Shown here: positions 57,515 to 64,000 of the stretch, in pieces
How the letters are laid out: every line of letters begins with the position of its first letter
How positions within the stretch are numbered: the stretch's first letter is position 1
From: the human T2T-CHM13v2.0 reference genome, Homo sapiens
Assembly: GCF_009914755.1 (NCBI RefSeq)
Contig: NC_060938.1
Length of the DNA stretch: 64,000 nt
Reading direction: 5' to 3' (one strand)
Notes under the pieces: generated by a model
Database searches by the model: none
Told to the model about the DNA's origin: nothing
The model's input: the letters and a program-made list of their open reading frames with translations, nothing else
Position numbers and translations under genes: made by a program

Positions 57515-58018
57515 AGATAGGCACTTTATAGGCTAAAACCAACTCACACTGACTTAAGTTAAAAGAGAATTCACTAGCTAACACAATTGAAAAATCTAAG
57601 GAGTAGATCTGACTTCAGGTATTACACATCATTTTGTCAGGGCTTTCTCTCTCGTGTTTTCTACTGGGTTGGCTTTATTATTATTCAGGTTTTTCCTGTG
57701 TAGTAGCACCAGGTGTATACTCTACTAGCTTAGCAACCTTAGTAGAAAGGGAATGAATCTTTCCTGATTGCTTGAGCCAGAGTCTCAGAATTGAGTATAA
57801 TTGGCCCAGCATAGGTCACATGCACATCCCTGCACTAGGCATTAAGGCCTGGCGAATGCAATTAAATCACTGGCTGAACCTGGTTCATGTGTTCAACCCT
57901 GGGTCAGGGACTGGATTGAGAGTAGAAGAGATCTGTTTCCTCTAAAGGAAGAGACGACTTTTTAAGTCTTTTCCCCCCAAAAGGGATTCTGGACAGGGAA
58001 AGACAAATGTCAACTAAA
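57515..58018 (-). mobile_element. Old MLT1 (J/K-like) LTR
   Basis: aaccaactcacactgactta..ctgacttcagg..attggcccagcataggtcacatgc..aatgtcaacta. Confidence 0.7.
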
Positions 58019-58236
58019 ATGTTACTATTCTCACTTCATTTATGAGGAAGTTGAGGATTAATTAAGTGAATTTTCACAAGGCTGCATAGCTAATGAGTGA
58101 TAGGATCTTAACTTTGACCCAAATCTGCCTAAATCTAAAGCCCATCTCTTTTCTCCACACCTTGTATCCCTAGAACATCATGCTTCTTCCTCTTTCTCCT
58201 TAATGTGAAACCATGATGGTTGCCATCACTTTACAG

Positions 58237-58450
58237 CAGTATTCTTCAAAAAGGAGGGATTTTGCCCCCAGAGGAAATTTGGTAATTTCTGGAGACATTT
58301 TTTTATTGTCACAACTGTGCACAGAGGTGAGTGTGGTGCTACTGCATAGAGGCTAGGATGCCTATACCTCCTGTAGTGCACAGAACAATTCCTCACAACA
58401 AAGAATTACCCAGCCTAAAATGTCAGTAGTGGTAAGGTTAAGAAACCCTG
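58237..58450. mobile_element. MER20 (hAT-Charlie)
   Basis: gattttgcccccag..tctggagacattttt..cacaacaaagaatta..aaaatgtcagtagt..ggttaagaaaccctg. Confidence 0.85.
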
Positions 58451-58885
58451 CTTTTTAGGTTCAATTTCTCGGCTGTTACTATTAACATCAGTTTTGAGAG
58501 AAATAAGTAATAGAGAGCAGGATTGAAATAATTCATACATGTAGGTATAATTAAGTTGTCTCTTAATTCAGGGAAACTTCCTTTAATTTCCATAGAAGCT
58601 AACTTTAGAATATTGAATTATCTTGGTTAGTGAGTAAATTGCAATAGAACGTAAATTCCTTTTTAAAATATTTGTTTTATGCAAGTTTAAGCTAACTTCC
58701 CAGACATAATTTTTCATTCTAAAATAAGTCCTATAATTTTTTTCTTAAAATAGAAATCTAGGGATATTTTAAATTGAATACTGAATGCTTTTAAAGGAAA
58801 TATATAAGTTTATCTCAAAAGCCTTTTAATATTTCATATAGAAGTTTCTATACCAGGGGAAATAATTATTTTTTAAAATCCGAGC

Positions 58886-59255
<370 letters not shown>

Positions 59256-62200
59256 CTAAAAAGCATACAGAAATTTTCTTCCTGTAAGCATGTGCTTTGT
59301 GAAAGAATAATGAAAGCAGAAGAATGCGTTAAATGTATTATAGCTGCAGTTATTGGGTTTGACACTTCAGAGAAATCAACCTTCTTGTTAAATGACATGA
59401 AAATAGTTTATACTGTCTGACTCCTTGAGACTTGCAAGTCGTTTCTGAATTGTGCATATCTGAATGAATCCAGGGAAAGCTGTGCTTCTGTAGTCAAACC
59501 ACAGATAATATTCTAGTAGAAGAGCTGAATGAGTAGAGTGATACTACAGATGGATTTCATATAAGAAATCTTTTACAATCCAGCAAGTCAAATTTATTGT
59601 TGGAGTCGGAAGATTTGAGGCTTAGCATTTTCTCGTTTTGCCAGTTTTATACAAATAATTCTTCTTGTTTTCCAAATTCTCATGACTGTATGCAGCATGG
59701 AATTACAAGTCCATTCCTTTCTCTGGTTCTTTTTAACCTTATCAGACCCAACCCAGATCAATGAACATTCCTCTGATTTCAACTGAATAATTCTGACTTG
59801 CTTTGATATCTCACATGGATGACTTTCTTCCCATCTCTCCTATCCCCCGATGGTCCTTCAGCTCATGCCTGTCGTGCCCATTTTTTTGGCCTCACTTCTT
59901 TACCTAATCTCAGGAATACTCATTGCTTTTTCTATTTCTTCTATTTTTCTTTGGCCTCTCTTTCCGCTCCCATATTAAATTTCCTCCTTGGCTATAACGC
60001 CTGCCTTCTTCTGTTTCCCAAGTCCTATTTACTGGCTCTGTATCCTTAGACTCACTTGTTTCTTAATTCATATCCTCATCTACTAAGGTGCCTAATGGCC
60101 ACCCACCTAGCATATTTTAGTAAGGCATGTGTGTACAGACAGGTCACCTATTCATTGTTAATAGAATTCAATTTGCAGTTTCCCTGGAAATAAGGCAGTT
60201 TCTGATCTTCAAATCACCCAAGTTCTTACTCGTTAGAATGCAGGTTCCTTTGTCACATTAGGAAGGACAGTAATATTTATTTATGAAAAAGTTGAAAAAA
60301 TACTGTAATAAATGGTGCTGGGTTAATTAATATATTATTAATATGGTCCTATTTTTCTTGAGAAGAAATGTTCTTGAAGATTTGAAATTTCTTATCTGTT
60401 TACAAACATTTTCCTGGTGCCATCAGCAGTTTATTCCTCTTTACTGCTTTGTGATAGGGCTTGGTATTCCCAATTTTACAGAGCAGAGATGACAGGTCAC
60501 TTGACTAAACAAGTGACTTATTTAGAATTTCACAGGAAAGTAATTACAGAGCCCTTAAATTTCCTGTCTCTTACTTCTATGATATAAAACAATTTACTTT
60601 GCATTCCTTATTTATATAAATGCCTTAGAGCATTTCCTTTCCTTTAATAAAATCATGAAGACTATCACCTGGTAATGAAATTGTTAGGATGGAAGAGAAA
60701 TGAACTAGGCACAGTGTACGTGAATTTGATTATTGCCTTTTCAACTGTCTAATAATGGGAGCTGTGGGCTCATAGGCTCTCCTTTTGAATTGTGAAAACT
60801 ATACTTATTTTATACTACATTGGTGAAGTTCCCTGAAGTCCTTAAAAAACAAACAAGATTTAAAGTGCAAAATGTTATTGTTAAGTTAAAATGACCCTTG
60901 TGTGTTTGCAAAGCTCCGCGGGCTTTCTGGGGCTAGTGATCCCCTTGGTGAGCATTGTGGAGTGTGGTGGGAACCAGCCATGTTTTGGTGATTTCTTTTA
61001 GATTTCTAAAACTGTTTTTCTGTTGGGTTGAAGTGGGAAAACAGCTTTGGAACTGCTTTTGGTGTTGCTCTGAGTGTGTTTGGGAGTGCATTCCAATAGT
61101 TTGTGAGGGGATGTTAGCTGTTCAGGAAAAATAACCCTTACCAAAGGTAATGGTTCCCACTAGCATTTTCAGTAACATGTACCAGATGTGGGTAGTTAAT
61201 TATTCTCAGATCTGATAAATACCTGCCAGCCAAGCCTAATTTTATTTTCAGTAAACAGTGGCCAAAGGTCCTAGCTGTTCATTTGATAGGATGGGCCTGT
61301 TTGCACTTATCTATTAATAAAAGCACAACACTCCTTTAGTTTTCCTTTCCCAGGGCCAGATAAAACATTTTAGACACTCACGTATTTGTCTTAGTAAATC
61401 AGACAAAGTAAACAAATCTGGTAGATTAACTTGGTAAATAGAGTGTGGTTAAGTGTTACCTTTGGAGTTGAACTCAATGCCATATAAATAGCATTAATCG
61501 CATGGTATTTTCAATAATCTTTATGGAGTAAAACGGAGGGTTGTTTTTTTCTTTCAACCAACAGGGACTTAAGTATATTTCTTAAGTACTTTCAGATGTC
61601 CTTCTGTATGGAGATTTTAAAATCACTTTAAAATGAAATTTATTCTTTTGTCCCATTAGTAACTTGTTGGGAACTTTGTACTAGTTAACATTATGTTTAA
61701 AAACCTGGAAACCTCTATAGTTCATCTCAGAAGAAAAATAGGACTACATAGTGGCATGCAAGCTTTGCCAGACAGAGATAATGGCCATCTAGAGGTTACT
61801 GATTTGGGTGGAACAGTGAAAATGGGGCCGCTTTTATGGGGAAGACAGTGGCTGGTAGGCAGAAATTCACTTTATTCATATGCATTTTTTTTCCTCTTGG
61901 GTAAAGAGTTTTATTAGGGTCAGAAGTACTATTTATTTTTGTGAGGTAAATTCTTGTCTTGTGAGAACTGGCATGAAACAGACTCATTATTTCACACTAG
62001 CCAACAAAACAGTATTTTATCAAAGTAACTTCTAGTCAGTCCAAGACTGGACTGGATTTGTACTGGTAACCTGGTGGTGCAGGGCTCTAAGTCTCATGCC
62101 AGCTCTTGTCTCCCTCATTAAACTTCCTTTTTTAGTAATGATTAAAAACAACTCTCTTTACTACAATATATTTTCTCATTGGCTTTATACTCGAAGTTGC

Positions 62201-63039
62201 AAGTACTTTATAAAATTATTTTTAGTTTTGCATGCTGTATAATAATCCATCTAATTTGGTAAGCATAGTACATAAAAGAAATAGCTGAAAGGCTTTAGAG
62301 AAAGTTCCCTACTCATACCTCCCCCTTTACAATGATCTCGGCATTAATATCTTATGCTGTAAGAGGGTGGCCTGGCACAGTACCATGAATATTGTGCCCG
62401 ATACCCAGTGGTAACCTACCAATGATTGTTATGAAAATGATGGTGATGATAGTATAGGGGAGAGAGTGTAAACCAAAAGTTGAGATCTGTGTTCTGTTTT
62501 CAGCTTCATTTTAATGGCCTACTGGAAGACCAGGTACATTATTTCTGCTCTTTTTTTTTTTTTTTTTTTAGTTTCTCCAGCTATACATGAAGAAAAAAGT
62601 CCTAGTCCACTAGCCAACCTGACAGGCATGTTGTGAAAACTAATGAAAGTATAAAGTTCTCATAGTCCGAAGCATAAAAGGTGCTGTAACCAATAGGTAC
62701 AAAATACTAATTATTATTTTTACAGTTCAGCATAGTAAATCTTTGGAGTAAATTTTTTTCATTATATTTACTAGTCTTTCCTTTAAGAATTATTTGCCAA
62801 ATTTAACTCTTTTTCTCTTTTAATTAGACCCAGAGTATAGTAAAAAAATTGATGGTTTGGCTTTCAGAAAGAGTTATTTTGTTATCTGTACCAAATTTTC
62901 AATTAAATATTTTTAGCTGTGAATCAAGTTTCATCTTCAAAAGTGTCTTCAATTTTAAATAATTTGAGAATACTTACCTGGTTAGTAGGCTAAACTAACG
63001 TAGTAGGGAAGAGAGTGTAAGAAAAGTGCTGTTGAATTC

Positions 63040-63945
63040 ATCATTCCCATTAGCACCAGTCTGCGGATTCCCAAACATATATTTCTAGGCTCAGATATTT
63101 TTCCTGATCCCCAGACTTATTAATCCAGGAACTAGTCAACTTCTTTACCTGGATGCCCTGTAATGATTTGTAGCACAACATACATAAAACTTAATATTCT
63201 GTTCCTGAATTTGCTCTCTCTGTGAATGGAATATCTATCCACCCCATCTCTCAAGCTGAAAAACCCTCACCCCATTTCCTCAACATCTGTAGATTTAACT
63301 GTCTTAATACTTTATGCCCCTTATCTCCATCCCACAATTACTACCTTAATTCGGCTTTTGCTCTTCTGTCACCGGGCAGCTGCAATTGTCTTCCTGCCAC
63401 CAGTCTGGTCTCATTACAGTCTACTCTCGATACCATTTCCAGATTAACCTTTACAAAATGCAAATCATAGAATATTACTGTCTCATTTTAAAAATATTTA
63501 GTGGTTTCTTGTGTGCTATAAGACAAAGTTTACACTCTTTATATTGGTTATTGAAATCTTAATAATCTTTACCTTGTTTCTAGTCTTGAATCCTCTTATG
63601 ACCTCTGTTCTAGTCACACTGAAAGTTTGTGGGTTCCAAAACATGCCATGTTGTTGGACATTCTACATTCTCTCCACCCACTTCTTTAATTGCCAACACT
63701 GTTTTATATTTTAAAACCTAATTCCAGTGTGAAGTCTTTTGTAACTCCCTCCTTGTATCCCATCATACCCTGTATATACTTCTTACATAGTTCCTATAAA
63801 ACCTATAGCACGTATTTTGTGTATATCCTTCCCTTCCTGCTTTATTGTATGAGAGATTATGTCTTGTTTATTTTTGCCTTTCAACGTCCAGCTCAGTGGT
63901 TGGTACAGAGGTAGCACTTGGTAGATTGATTAGATAGTGGGTGGA
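63040..63945 (+). mobile_element. L2 3' portion
   Basis: atatttctaggctcaga..acctggatg..catctctcaagctgaaaaacc..tttacaaaatgcaaatc..cagtggttggtacagaggtagcact. Confidence 0.7.
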
Positions 63946-64000
63946 GTAAAATTCTATGACCATATTTTCCTCCTCAAGTTCTACTCCCTTTTCAGTGTTG

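Overview
Primate (human or great-ape-like) AT-rich, repeat-dense intronic or intergenic DNA. I find no CpG island, no intact protein-coding gene and no host-gene exon I can support. Almost all ORF-track entries are spurious or are Alu/L1 read-throughs. The main structure is at 11945-13459: a 5'-truncated young L1 (L1PA2-like) with a poly(A), followed by ~785 bp of unspliced genomic CEP170-like sequence, a second poly(A), and a perfect 14-bp TSD around the whole unit. This is an L1-mediated 3' transduction of a partial exon, an in-frame 186-nt intron, an intact 294-nt phase 0-0 exon and downstream intron. The junction implies the donor L1 sat inside a CEP170 coding exon. Other elements are a decayed C2H2 zinc-finger (ZNF81-like) remnant at 10483-11205, a second young L1 in inverted orientation with a micro-transduction, and a nested stack at 44.2-51.2 kb. 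That stack is an ancient L1M carrying a Tigger5/MER47, a 7SL pseudogene, two Alus, unexplained filler DNA and an older L1PA, which itself holds a 240-bp copy of DNA from 2.3 kb upstream. Repeat subfamily names and gene identities come from recalled consensus or protein sequences and need RepeatMasker/BLAST confirmation. Boundaries of old repeats are approximate.
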